From Octopus bimaculoides (lineage: Eukaryota), in the NCBI RefSeq assembly GCF_001194135.2, contig NC_069003.1, forward strand, positions 16,011,229-16,057,446: DNA of 46,218 nt, read 5' to 3'. This document shows positions 1 to 13,052 of the stretch, in pieces. The position numbers and the translations under genes are program-made. The notes under the pieces were generated by a model. That model was given only the letters and a program-made list of their open reading frames with translations, was not told where the DNA came from and searched no databases. Position 1 is the first letter of the stretch; every line of letters starts with the position of its first letter.

Positions 1-70
1 TGAACATAGAACTTACGGAGCCGGAAGAAATGCGTTTTGTTCGATGCGCAAATGATTCTGCCAACTACCT
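1..70 (-). mobile_element. 5' fragment of tRNA-derived SINE (family A)
   Basis: Reverse complement ggtagttggcagaatcatttgc...gttctatgttca resembles the 5' head of the family A copies at 13645, 22067 and 43523. Confidence 0.55.
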
Positions 71-171
71 TTGATTCGTTTTACAAAAACGAAAATAATT
101 TGCTACAAGGAGTATTGAATGAAAAGCCATTGCTAGGACGAAACAAACATAGACAGGTCGGTAGATAAATG

Positions 172-226
<55 letters not shown>

Positions 227-439
227 GATATAAACATATTTTGCGTGTGTGGATGAATGCGTGTCGGATGTGTAAAGTCACAACAACAACAACAATGATG
301 AACAGGATTATAACGAAAGAAAACGCCAAAAATACGCAGAAAATCATCAAAGAAAGTAAAAGAAAACTGTTTGTTTGAAATAAGATGAATGAAAAGGAGT
401 AAAACAGAAATATGACGGAGAACATTTTGTTGGTGACGG

Positions 440-1046
440 ATGTGGTGCTGATGGTGATGTTGGTGATAATAGGGGTAGATGTGGTAGGGAATGTGATAGC
501 GGTTGGGGGGATGGATTGATTGAGTTTGGGGGAGAGGGTGGTATTTATTATTAAATGTGGTGGGGGAAATACTGATGCTAGGTTGATGTTGGTGGCGATG
601 GTATTGCAGGTAGTAGGAGTGGTAATGATGGTGATGATACTGATGGGGTGGCGATGGTAGAGATAATGGTGGTGCTAGTGGTGGAGGGGTAATGCTGATG
701 TTTGTGATGGTGGTCATGTTGGTAATGGTGATGGTGGTAGTGGTGGTTCTGCTGCTGATAGAATGATGTTAGTAGTGCTGAATCTGTGCTGAAACTGGAG
801 GTGATGGTAGTGGTAGTGGTATTAGTGGTAGTGGTATTAGTGGTAGTGCTGGTGGTGGTGGTACGAGCAGAGATGTTAATTCTGGTGCTGGTGATGGTGG
901 TGGTGGTGCTGATGCTGGTAGTCTTCTAGTTCATAATGACAACAACGTCTTGGGTTTTTTAGTGGAAGATGTTAAGATGTGGTGAAAAGACCAAAAATTG
1001 GTGGTGGTAGTGGTGGTGTCGGTGATGGTGGTGGTGGTGGTGGTGG

Positions 1047-1077
<31 letters not shown>

Positions 1078-1126
1078 AGTCGTCGTAGTGGTGGTGGTAG
1101 CGGGAGTGTGGTAATGTTGTTGTTCT

Positions 1127-1184
<58 letters not shown>

Positions 1185-1500
1185 TGTAGTAGTAGTAGTA
1201 GCAGTAACAGTGATCGTTCATCATCATCGTCGTGGTCGTCGTCATCGTCGTCTCTGTAGTGTTTTCCCCTTCTTTCGCTGAAAGACGTTTTGTGTTTTAA
1301 GAGGTGGAGGTTAAGATCTCGAAGGGGGTGGTCGTGGTCGCAACGGTGATGGGTGGTGGTTGTGCTCCCTATTGTACAATAGCTACTAATGACTCTATAA
1401 TGTTTGCTTTATAAAACAATAAACCCTCATAAAGAATTCTCAAACACCTTTTTCTATTAACATCACAAGTTTTATTATTGTTATTATTATTATTATTATA

Positions 1501-1550
<50 letters not shown>

Positions 1551-1555
1551 TGTTG

Positions 1556-1620
<65 letters not shown>

Positions 1621-1830
1621 TTATTGCTGTTTGTTTATTAGGAAATATCGTTCGTTTGATCATGTTGATCAAAGTGTGAAGTAATTATATTAGTAGAAAT
1701 TGATTGAAAGAATCGAGGGACCATCTTTTATTTTGTCCACTCATCACACATTGTTACATCTTTATGTAGCTTTCTTTCTCTTTCGCTCACTCTCACTCTC
1801 ACTCTCTCTGTCTCCTCTACGTCTCTCTCT

Positions 1831-1922
<92 letters not shown>

Positions 1923-2421
1923 TTCTCTCAGTTGAACACCTCACATTTTTACATCACAATTACATTCTATTTCTCATTTTTCGCTTTTCTTTTCGCAATT
2001 TTTCGTCTCTTCTTTTCCTCTCCTTTCACGCTCACTCTCTATCTCTCTCTCTCCTGTCTCTTTCTCTTTTTCTTCCTTCTCTCAAACATTCTCTTTATCT
2101 TTCTCTTTTCACTTAATCTATCTATTCTTTTTCTCCCAATTTTTTTTACTATCTCTTTATCTCTTTTCCCTTCCTCCTTCTTCCTATTATTCATCTCTCT
2201 CTCTCTTTCTCTTTTTCTCTCATTTTCTCCCCATTTTTCCTTCTCTCTCATTGTCACTTTCTCTTTTTCTCTCTTTCAATCCCTCGTTTTCTCCCTTTTT
2301 CTTTCTCACACACACAACCGTTTTCTATCTTTCTCTCCACATCTTTTTCCCTCTCTATTCCTCTACTTCGCTCTCTCTCTCTCTCTCTCTTTCTTTCTCT
2401 CTCTCTCTCTTTCTTTCTCTT

Positions 2422-2474
<53 letters not shown>

Positions 2475-2480
2475 CTCTCT
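440..2480. repeat. Compound microsatellite and low-complexity tract: (GGT)n, (AGT)n, (CGT)n, (ATT)n, (CT)n
   Basis: Directly visible; generates the poly-amino-acid ORFs in the track. Confidence 0.95.
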
Positions 2481-2802
2481 CACCGCAACCCTCATTACTG
2501 TACCTGTCTCGCAGCATCTCATTACACCTCATTATTCATTTCCATCATCACATCGTCTTTGCATTTATCATCACAATGCTTGTATTAGCATCATCACTAC
2601 TGTTGTTGTTATCTCACGAAGAGATTATCTTCACTTATCTACCGTCACATCGTTTTCTTCTCTTATCTCACATCATCAGCAATATCATCATCGTCATTCT
2701 CACGATGATGACGCTTTTAACACGTCACTCAGACAACAATAGGTCTGCAACTCTACAACTCGTCACATTTTAAAAATAATAATAATAATAATAATAATAA
2801 TA

Positions 2803-3355
2803 AAGATAGATGCAAATAGGCCAGACATCATACTGAAAGACTTCAGACAAAAATCATGCCTCCTCATTGATATGACTGTCCCAATCGATATAAACGTATC
2901 TGTCAAGACCTACCAAAAACAGAGCAAATATAAAGATCTTGAAATAGAAATTAGCAAAATGTGGAACCTGAAGACTAAAACAATACCTATTGCCAAAGGT
3001 GCCCTGGGAATGACAGCGAAACGGGCTGATTACTACCTAGCTCAGATACCAGGAAACCCCAAAATGGCTGAATTTCAAAAGATAGTGCTCATGGGAACTG
3101 CCCATATCCTACGTAAAATACTGTCTATATGATGTCAAATTTTAAAACAAACACATAATTTTCTTATGGCTTTTTTTAAACATTCTCTAAAACAACACTA
3201 TGTACAAATCCAAATATATGGTACCCTAGGCATAACACCTACATGAACTTCTAACTTGTTGTCTCTTGAGGTCTCTGGGTGAGACTTGGATCCAACTTGT
3301 ACAAATGCAAAGCAAAAGTCAAACATAAAATAATAACAATAATAATGATAATAAT
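2803..3355 (+). mobile_element. 5'-truncated RLE-type non-LTR retrotransposon (Dong/R4-like): endonuclease C-terminus, 3'UTR and AAT tail
   Basis: KIDANRPDIILKDFRQKSCLLIDMTVP...KQSKYKDL...GALG...ILRKILSI* carries the PD..D..K restriction-like endonuclease motif. Preceded by (TAA)n and ends in an (AAT)-rich tail. Confidence 0.88.
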
Positions 3356-3832
3356 CTGTGGACAAGGCGGTGAAACCGTATGGCATATTACCAGCCAATG
3401 TAGGCCACTAGCCCAGTAGGAACAAAAGAGACTTCGCGACAATATAGTCAGGCTTGTCCATTGGACACTTTGCAACACGTATGGACTTGACAGAGCAAAA
3501 AATTGGTACGACCATAAACCTGAAGGCATTATCGAAAATGATAATACAAAGATCCTATAGGATTTTATGATTCAGTGCGACCATGAGATAGAGAATAGGA
3601 AACCGGAAATAGTCTTAATTGAAAAAGAAAACAAACTATGCTGGATCATAGATATAGCATGCCCAGGTGACAACAAGGTATGCGATAAGGAAGAAAGAAA
3701 AGTCGAGAGATATGACAGGTTAGCTTCGGAAGTTAAGCAGTTGTGGTCGATGAAAAAGGTAGCAGTAGTACCAATAATTGTCGGAGCCCTAGGAACAGTG
3801 AGCAAAAATCTCGAGGACTACGTGGAACAAAT
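3354..3832 (+). mobile_element. Second RLE-type LINE fragment (Dong/R4-like): CCHC knuckle plus RLE, with in-frame stops, running into an N gap
   Basis: ICGQGGETVWHITSQC (CCHC remnant)...WYDHKPEGIIEN...RKPEIVLIEKENKLCWIIDIACPGD...KVERY...PIIVGALG. Confidence 0.88.
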
Positions 3833-4149
3833 NNNNNNNNNNNNNNNNNNNNNNNNNNNNNNNNNNNNNNNNNNNNNNNNNNNNNNNNNNNNNNNNNNNN
3901 NNNNNNNNNNNNNNNNNNNNNNNNNNNNNNNNNNNNNNNNNNNNNNNNNNNNNNNNNNNNNNNNNNNNNNNNNNNNNNNNNNNNNNNNNNNNNNNNNNNN
4001 NNNNNNNNNNNNNNNNNNNNNNNNNNNNNNNNTTATCATTTCTGTATTAACCATAAAGAGTTTACATTTGGAAGAATAGTATAAACTGTACAGGACAAAA
4101 CAAGGAATGTGTGTGTGTGTGTGTGTGTGTGCGTGTGTGTGCGCGTGTG

Positions 4150-4690
4150 CGTGAGTGTGTGTTGTGAGAGTCTTGCGTGTTAACAAGATAAACATGATGA
4201 AACAAAGAAGAAAAAATTCAACAATGTATAGTGCCCAATAGAGAGGAGACGTCTGAGGCTACTCATGAATAAAAATCCATAAACCCATGGGTGCCCTGAC
4301 CTCTGGGACAAGTGCTTTTCTCTTTTCTCCTTCTCCGATTTCAGGCATATGTTCAAAGCAGGCCTGTTAACTCGCACCATTCTCGCCACTTTCACCCACC
4401 TCTCAGCAAAATGGCTAGAAGGCAACTCTTCCCTCCCCACTCATATTTTCCACTTCAAGTGAAACTTGAAGAAGTTGATGAGAAATTAGCCAAAGAGAAA
4501 GCGTTTGCCTTCAGCCCCCTTCAATCTCGTCCATCGTACAACCTCTTTCGCCATGGCCACTAGGTATATAAAAAATGCTTGCCCTTCCCGGTTAAAAGAA
4601 GACAGTGGGACGATCTTCACGGTGGATTCAGTTGGCAGTCGAATCCATTCCACATGCGACATCAGGTGTTCGACATAAACTCACAGATTT
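4150..4690 (-). mobile_element. L1/Tx1-clade LINE 3' fragment, degraded
   Basis: Minus-strand translation (...AKEVVRWTRLKG...FAERWVKVARMVR) is homologous to the copy at 44102-44596. Confidence 0.8.
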
Positions 4691-4864
4691 ATTGCTGTGA
4701 TGTCCATGCCTTTCTCAAACGCTTATGAGTAGTAACGCTAAGTAACGTGGCCGTAAACAAACCAATACAAGCAGTGGTAAGGAATAAACACAGACACATA
4801 CACATACACACACACTCAAACATATATAGACAAATATAGATATATATATTCCTTTATTCTTCTA

Positions 4865-5030
4865 TGCGTTTCAGCCCAAAGGCTTTGGCCATGCTAGGGC
4901 ATGTATATTTACACACAGCAGGCTTCTTTCAGTTCCCGTCAACCAAATCCACTCACGAGACTTTGGTCGACTCGGTGCTATAGTAGAACCAAAGAAAATA
5001 TGGTTGGAGAACAAGCTTCTTAGAAGTGAA
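4865..5030 (-). mobile_element. CORE-type tRNA SINE fragment (family B)
   Basis: ggcttctttcagttcccgtcaaccaaatccactcacgagactttggtcga is shared with the copies at 16615, 22770, 32085 and 39495. Confidence 0.75.
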
Positions 5031-5936
5031 ATATCTATAAACGAAACACGAAACTCAAACCTTGCAGTTTGGTCAGCGTATGTTGTACGACTCTCTTCCA
5101 TAGCTGTTGGTTTATTGCTGTGATGTTTATGCCTTTCTCAAAAACTTATGAGTAGTAGCGCGAATAAATGGAATTATCACCAGCCTACTGTCGAAATATG
5201 CTAACGGAATAATCTAACAAACAGCTTATTTCTTGTATACAACGTGAATTGATTTTTTTAAAACAACAAATAAACAACAACAACAGTAATAACACAAAAA
5301 TAACATAAAAAAAGACCAAATTGCTAATAATTCCCAAATGTCTTCGGTAATAAGATTTCTCAGCAGTGCTTTCTCTCCTGTTGCAAAGATTGATAGCTAT
5401 TTCGCCTGAGGCCAGCCATTTTTGTTAAATAACGAAATTATCCGTTGAGCTGTTTAAACAATTTACAGACAAAATGTTAGGCAGCCGACTCCACTAACAC
5501 TTCAGCTGACACTAAACATTCCGAGGATGTCAAATCTCAGCGAACATTCGCCATTTTGATTTAGTCGTATTGCTGTAATAACAGTTATAGTTGTTACTGT
5601 TGTTATTGCTAGTTTTGCTATAGTTGAATTTTTGTTTGTAGTGGTGGTATTGTTAAACTTTGGCTAGTAAAGAGCTAAGTTACAATCGAAGTTTAAATCA
5701 GTGAACTTTGAAACTTGGTCGAAACCGAATCGCAGTGGAACCGGTTTCCTAGTGCCAAATTCAATAAAATTCCAATATGATATTCTCAGAAAATTCCATT
5801 CTTTTTGTTGCCTACACAAGCTGATACTGTACGCCAAAATTGAGGCTGATGGAGCATAAAAAGTAAATGCAGAATATGAACACGCACACACATACATACA
5901 TAGTTACATACATACATACATACACACACACATATA

Positions 5937-5972
<36 letters not shown>

Positions 5973-5977
5973 TACAT

Positions 5978-6330
5978 ACAAGTTTAGGATTATACCTGTA
6001 ATTATTGGGGCCCTGGAATATGTAACACACTACCTAGATACGAATCTCAAGAAATTAGGCTTCTCAAAACCAGAACTGTAAAAATCTGTATAACTTTCCA
6101 GAAATTTAAATATATATGAGCATGTCTAAATACGCAAATATATGCATGAGAATACATACATAAAACATACAAATCTGAATATACAAACATGCATAAATAC
6201 ATACATACATACATACATACATGCAAAAATACCCTGTTGTTGATGTCAAAATTCCAATGAAAGAGCTTTGGATCTAGGTTAGAAATCGGTTCTTTCTCTA
6301 TTGGCAAGACTTCTTGAAATAAACCGAATA
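5978..6330 (+). mobile_element. 3' end of an RLE-type LINE (second family)
   Basis: FRIIPVIIGALEY followed by a 3'UTR ending ggatctaggttagaaatcgg...cttgaaataaaccgaataat. Same family as 41660-42158 on the minus strand. Confidence 0.8.
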
Positions 6331-6341
6331 ATGACATACAT

Positions 6342-6397
<56 letters not shown>

Positions 6398-6555
6398 CAC
6401 GTTTATGAGTTTGTTTTGCAAGATCTCTCGTGTGAAATCGGGGGTGGAAACAAGTATTGCTATATTTGGGGTTGTTCGGGTTTTTTGGGTTTTTTTGCCA
6501 ATCAAACACACGCACTATATATTCGTTCTTCACTCGTTTATTATTGTTCTTATTT

Positions 6556-6740
6556 TATCTTATGTCCATTGTCTGGAAATCTTTCTTCATATATCTGTGA
6601 CCTCTCCAGCGACCCTTTCCTTCCTGCTCCGAGCAGGAGGAATGGACTAGGCGGAGCAGGAGGTTGCACGTGGAGGGAAAGGCTCGCTGAAGAGGTCAAG
6701 GATGTGTGATGAAAGATTTCCAGACAATGAACATAAGATA
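6556..6740. repeat. 185-bp foldback element (69-bp arms, 9 mismatches), MITE-like, TA at both ends
   Basis: Arms 6556-6624 and 6672-6740 aligned by hand. Confidence 0.9.
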
Positions 6741-7206
6741 TATAGATAAATAAATAAACGAATATATAAATATATCTACCACATACTTGTAATAAATGTA
6801 AGACAAAGATAGATAAAAAAAATAAATAAAACTATATAACGGACATGGATATATACGAAGCGAACCCCCACACACATACGCACAAATACACGCACATGAA
6901 ACCTCATTGACGACCGTATGCTATCAGCAACACAACTAACACGGTCAGAGGCAGCAGGCGTGCCGACGATGGCAATAACAACAATAAGAACGACCACGAT
7001 AGCAACACCGTGGACGAACACACATACATAGAGGAATACAGGAACTGTACCTTCCCGCCCTTTTTCTTCTTAGGTCTTTGGACAACAGCAGTACAATGGG
7101 AAGAGAGTTTGGGGCCGAGGGGAAGGCTACACTGCTGCTAAAAACTATGACATACATACAAGCATAACCACATACACATACACACACGCGCACACACACA
7201 CTCACA

Positions 7207-7276
<70 letters not shown>

Positions 7277-7500
7277 NNNNNNNNNNNNNNNNNNNNNNNN
7301 NNNNNNNNNNNNNNNNNNNNNNNNNNNNNNNNNNNNNNNNNNNNNNNNNNNNNNNNNNNNNNNNNNNNNNNNNNNNNNNNNNNNNNNNNNNNNNNNNNNN
7401 NNNNNNNNNNNNNNNNNNNNNNNNNNNNNNNNNNNNNNNNNNNNNNNNNNNNNNNNNNNNNNNNNNNNNNNNNNNNNNNNNNNNNNNNNNNNNNNNNNNN

Positions 7501-7541
<41 letters not shown>

Positions 7542-8761
7542 AGAACTAAAATCAAAATACAGTAAACAAAAAGGCAAGGTAAGTACACAATGTTATTTGT
7601 TTGTTGGCTAAGTGGAGTAGGTTAAACTGCTACCATGCCGAGCTACGAGTACCCACTGCCAAGCAGACCCAATACAGATCGAAGCCATGGAGTCTGGTGG
7701 AGCTAGGGTGGCAGGAGTTATCTCCCGCTTGCAATAAATATCGGGTGCGAGAAGCGCACTAAATAAACCAGCTGGAGATCTCTTCCCAGGGTTAAAATGT
7801 ATCGTCGTCTCTTAGAAGACAGCCACATTAAAGTGGTCGTAAACAATACGTTTTAGATGTAAGAGAGTTATAACATTTCGGATTTTCTCCTTCATCGAAT
7901 AAAGGATAAAGAAGAGATAGAACCTGAAGAAACTGCCAACAAAGAAGAAAAGGGTAAAATTCCAGCGAGATAAAGCATTTGGTATTGGTCTGCAGATTTG
8001 ATAGATCTATCATGATAGACATCCTTTTCATGACTATTACGACTGTCTCTATGAGCAGGGCCACCAGCGTGTCAGCGAGTAGATGATCTAATGTACTAAT
8101 GCAATTTTAGGAATATTTGAGCCAACCGCGTTAAGGGATCATCTTCTTGCTATTCTTGTTTAGCTTCGTGTCTTCCCTAATTATGATATACATTATGGAG
8201 TACGTGTATCTCATGTTAGCAAGTATATACACAATTAAAGCTAACATCCAAGGCGTTCTTTTTAAAGGTCTGAAATATGATATTTACAAAGGGTTTTGTT
8301 ATATTAGATGAAACACACAATTTGAATGGAGGATTATATCAGATAATAAAATGTTTATACGACAGTTTTATATCAGGTATTATCAGGTGAGAAAAACTGA
8401 ATCTTCTTCATGCAAACCAGTCTCTGTTACGACGCTGTTGAGTGAGATGCAATTTAAATATTTCTTCATCGTGTGAAACATTACATACACGTTGACAATT
8501 GATATTGATTAAAGGAAGATGAGTAGAAACCTTATTAATGTAAAGCAATTTTTCATTTGACTTCTTATAAGGATATTGCTTACCCATATTCACATCCGAC
8601 GTAATGCCTAAAATACTGGGGTGGGGTTTACATCAATCTATCACACTCTATCTCTCTACCGTTTACGTTAGTATATTACCTATCTCTTTCCCACTCTGTT
8701 TCTCTGTCTTTCTCTCTCACACACTGTTTGCGTGATTCCCTCATAAGACATCGTAAGTTAG

Positions 8762-8798
8762 TATATTGTATACAGATACTGTATCTGTATACAATATA
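8762..8798. repeat. Perfect 18-bp inverted repeat with 1-nt spacer
   Basis: tatattgtatacagatac-t-gtatctgtatacaatata. Confidence 0.95.
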
Positions 8799-9492
8799 GC
8801 AACATTATTTTATATACGTTTGACCTAGGTGCCTTATGATAATACTTCCCCTGTTCCATTATAAACTGGTCTGCTAGTAGAGACCCCCCCCCCACCTATA
8901 GTAGTTTGTCACCAAACCCTAAGAAATTTTAAAACTATATCATCCATGTTTACTGTCTATACTGCTTACCCCTTACCCTACAAAGAAAATGCCAGTGTCC
9001 TCTTAAGCTTTGAATCACTATGTCTGATAAAATAGTCCATAAATCAGAAACAAAAAAAAAAAACAAATAAAATCAGTGACAGTTAAAAATCTGCTTAGAA
9101 TTATTTACTAGCCTGTATGATCTGGCTAAGTCAAAAATTTTTTTGTATTCCTCCTTTCTACTTGGAGTGTTTAAATGTAGTTATAAAAATATGTCCTTCT
9201 GTTTAAATGTAAATGCATTAAATTTCTATATCTTTGTGCAGCTGAGGATTACTCTGCATCTTATATTTGATGTAATGTTCACATTGCTTAATTAAATGGA
9301 GTCGCTTGAAACGATCGTACTGCATTAACTTTGGATATCCTTGTTGCTTATTTTGACTTTACCTTATTTTGAAACTGTATGGATAATACCATATTTTATT
9401 CTGCTGCCTAAACTTAAGTAACATATTCACCTGAATCTATACATATATAGGAAATATTGAAAAAGGAGACTATTAAAACGTTTATATCTTCA

Positions 9493-9585
9493 TATCTCCT
9501 ACATATGTTTCGATAGATGCATTCAAAATACGTCCGACAGGAAGAATTATGGTCAGCTATGCATCAATCTCATCGGGAAAGATAT
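9493..9585 (-). ncRNA. Type I hammerhead ribozyme motif with a U4->C core mutation
   Basis: Minus strand: CCGAUGA, ~11-bp stem II (gattgatgcat/atgcatctatc) with a long loop, GAAA, palindromic stem III ACAUAUGU, GUA site, and a stem I with a distal 12-bp helix. Confidence 0.65.
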
Positions 9586-9706
9586 AAACACCACTCATCA
9601 AATAGACATTTTTACAGATATAGGAAGCCCTAGAAAATATGACGTATTTATATGTTTATGCACACACACGTACACACACGCATATATGCAACGTGCATAC
9701 ATAAAC

Positions 9707-9795
<89 letters not shown>

Positions 9796-10429
9796 TACAT
9801 ACATACACACACACATATATACACACACACACATATATATGTACATATGTACATACATACACATACACTCATACATATACTCACAGCACATACATAAATA
9901 CGTATACGTTAATAAACGTTTACGACCATCTGCTTATACACATAAACACATGTTCACATACACACACGAGAGCATACACATCCCACAACATATAGACCAA
10001 ACGCATTCTTACATACACATACACATTTATTTAAGAACATATACACGTTTGTATACAAACATAGCTTATATATATACAGGAGCAAAACCAGATATATACG
10101 CATATACACATATGGAAAGCCATGTATCAAGGGAACGCTAAAAATTTTAAAGTGTCGTTAAGGATATATACTTCATAGGGTGAAAGGAGAGAAGGTATAG
10201 AAAGATAAGGAGGGGGAGAAGAGAAAACAGGCTAAAAGGGGAGGAGAGAGGAGAGAGTAACGGGTAAAACCGTATAAATAAATGTAGGAAGAGAGAAAAA
10301 AGGAGGAATAAAGATTATGGAAAGTGAGATAGAAACATAAAGAAAAGATTATTTGCAGAAAATTATTAGGTAAGGCGTGGATATTATTTGAAGAAACTGA
10401 AGGAATGTTTTTTCCACTGTGTACAATTG

Positions 10430-10724
10430 TAAACTCTTTCCATAAATCTGCTTACCAGTATATGCTGGGAAAAGAGAATAAAAAATTGCTCTTCCGTGCA
10501 AAGGGGACAAAAAGATTCCCTTTATCATAGGGAAAAGATTTAGTTAAAATATTCTAATCTAAAGAAAAAAGTTAGTTAGAGTCTTTAAGGTGCCAAATTA
10601 GTTTGCTAAGTCCAGTGGAGTTACGATTTTGATTGTATATGAAGGTAGAGAAATGGTTAGTCAGTCTGGATTTCAAAAATGTAGAGGATAGACCTATATA
10701 AAATAATTCCTTTTTCTCTCTCTT
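10430..10724 (-). mobile_element. Penelope-like element GIY-YIG endonuclease remnant
   Basis: KELFYIGLSSTFLKSRLTNHFSTFIYNQNRNSTGLSKLIWHLKDSN is typical of the PLE GIY-YIG C-terminal half. Confidence 0.78.
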
Positions 10725-10955
10725 GTGTGGCATGGTGCAGAGACCTGTTGCTAGATATAGGATCTTCCAGCAGACACCCTCTTCACCCAGGGCAGCTCTA
10801 CTTCCTTCCAGGCACTTCATGTAGGCCTCCATGTTGAGTCTGCGGCTGTGTGGGAATATGAATGGCGGCATAACGTCACCATCACTAGTGATCACTCAAA
10901 ACACCATGATGTTGACTGAATGTTTGATTTTTATCACTCTCGGTACATATCATCA
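10725..10955 (-). mobile_element. maT-like (Tc1/mariner) transposase fragment
   Basis: IKIKHSVNIMVF*VITSDGDVMPPFIFPHSRRLN.EAY.KCLE is the same family as 15841-16606. Confidence 0.85.
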
Positions 10956-11293
10956 GGTTTCACTGTATGTATGTATGTATGTATGTATGTATGTATGTAT
11001 GTATGCATGTATGTATGTATGTATGTATGTATGTATGTATGTATGTATGTATGTCTGTAGAATTATGGAAAGTTAATATGTCGAGTGATAGAGATAGACT
11101 ATAGAGAGTGACATGAATGAAAGATGGCGAAAATATTGTAAAGTCAACGAATTCAACTGAGATGAAAGCAGACGATATCACATTTCTGATGAAAAGCTAA
11201 AGTATTGTTGACCAGCTGAGAAATTTAGAGGAAGCGGAAATAGCGGGTTTCTTGTGTTGTCTCAAGCGAAAGCATTGCATTGATACCGAGTAA

Positions 11294-11294
<1 letters not shown>

Positions 11295-11361
<67 letters not shown>

Positions 11362-12072
11362 CATATATATACACACACACATATATATATATATATACAT
11401 ATATCTACATATCTATATATGTATTGAACAGACAGACAGATAGATAATTAGGTAGGTAGGTAGGTAGTTAGGTAGGAAGGTAGGTAGGTAGGTAGGTTGG
11501 TAGGTAGGTAGTTAGGTAGGTAGGTAGGTGAAAGAATGAGAGAGAGTGGGCAAGTCAGAGAGCGAGAGAGACGTGTATATATATTGTGTGTGTCTGTTTG
11601 TATCTGTGTATGTGTATTTGTGTGCATGTGTGTGCGTGTGTGTGTGTTATGTGTGTATGTGTGCGTGCGTGTGTGTGTGTGTGTTATGTGTGTATCATGC
11701 ATCTATGTATACAGAGAGACGATAAAAGACTGAGAGGACGAGACAATTTAAAAGATTAACTAAGAAAGTTAATGGAGTAAAACCTACAGCATTACCGGTA
11801 GACTTCTACAAGAGATGCTGGGTATGAGGATGGGGGGGAATAGGAGAGATTGGGGGGACAAGGAGAGGAGGGGAGCAGCAAGTAGAAAAAGAGGGATGTA
11901 AGCGAACTAGAAGGAAATGGACGGAGGATGAGGAAATTGAGGGGAAACAGAGGTAAAAGCGTTCTGATGATGATGTTGATGGTGATGATGGCAATGTCGT
12001 TGATGGTGGCCTGGATGACGTCGAATTGGAAGGAATAAAAAACATGTTGTGTGTTGGTGTTTATATGCTGGT

Positions 12073-12154
<82 letters not shown>

Positions 12155-12463
12155 GTATTGATGTGTATTTGGGCGTACGTGTTGGTGTGTGTGTATTTCT
12201 TTGTGTTAGTATGGGTGTTAGTGTGTGTGTGTGTGTTTGTATACATATGTGTTGATCTATATGTATATGTCGGCGTGTTTATATGTCTGTGTCTGTGTGT
12301 CATCGGTTAATGTATGTTAGCGTAGGAGTATATATGTATGTCTCTGATGGTTTACTGTGTGTATGCGTGGTGGTGCGTATTGATGTGTGTGTGTGTTTGT
12401 TGTTGTTGTTGCTATATATGCTGTTGATATACGTTACCTGTTTGTGTATGAGTATGCGTTGCT

Positions 12464-12495
<32 letters not shown>

Positions 12496-12901
12496 TGCAT
12501 TTGCTGTGTACGTGTGTTGCCGTGTGTTACCGAGTTTGCGTTTGTTGTGCATGTTTTGGTCACCATTTTCTCTCAATTCAATGCCGTAAACCTCTTAAAT
12601 TGCTTTTAAATATGGATGAAACGTTCCATTTGAAATAAAATCTAAAATCCTTAAGAAATCGATGCAATCCTCAGCGCCATCTGTTATCACGAAACTGATT
12701 TTTGTCTCTGACACGTCTTTAATAGGATTAAATCAGTTTTAAACGGATAAAGGAAACAATTGTCTATAGCAGCCATTTTAGAATCATAAATATCCGCCTC
12801 TCAAATTCCTCATCAATGTTATCAGAGATTCACAGAATTACATTCTTCACTGTATATTGAGAGCATTTATGTCTTCGCTTAGATACGGCTTTATTGAAAG
12901 A

Positions 12902-12946
<45 letters not shown>

Positions 12947-13012
12947 ATTATAATTATAATTATTATTATTATTATTATTGTTATTATTACTAATTATTAC
13001 TATTGTTGTTAC

Positions 13013-13052
<40 letters not shown>

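Noticed and set aside
1369-1382. 14-bp palindrome CTATTGTACAATAG (SOX-like); also overlapping 14-bp palindromes at 7999-8019
   Set aside because: Short palindromes are expected by chance in 46 kb of AT-rich DNA.
7074-7170. Acceptor-like site followed by an open frame (VFGQQQYNGKR...)
   Set aside because: No donor, it runs into a CA microsatellite, and the peptide is not recognisable.
8585-8608. Possible 24-nt minus-strand micro-exon (ttttag|...|gtaagc)
   Set aside because: No homology and no partner exons on that strand.
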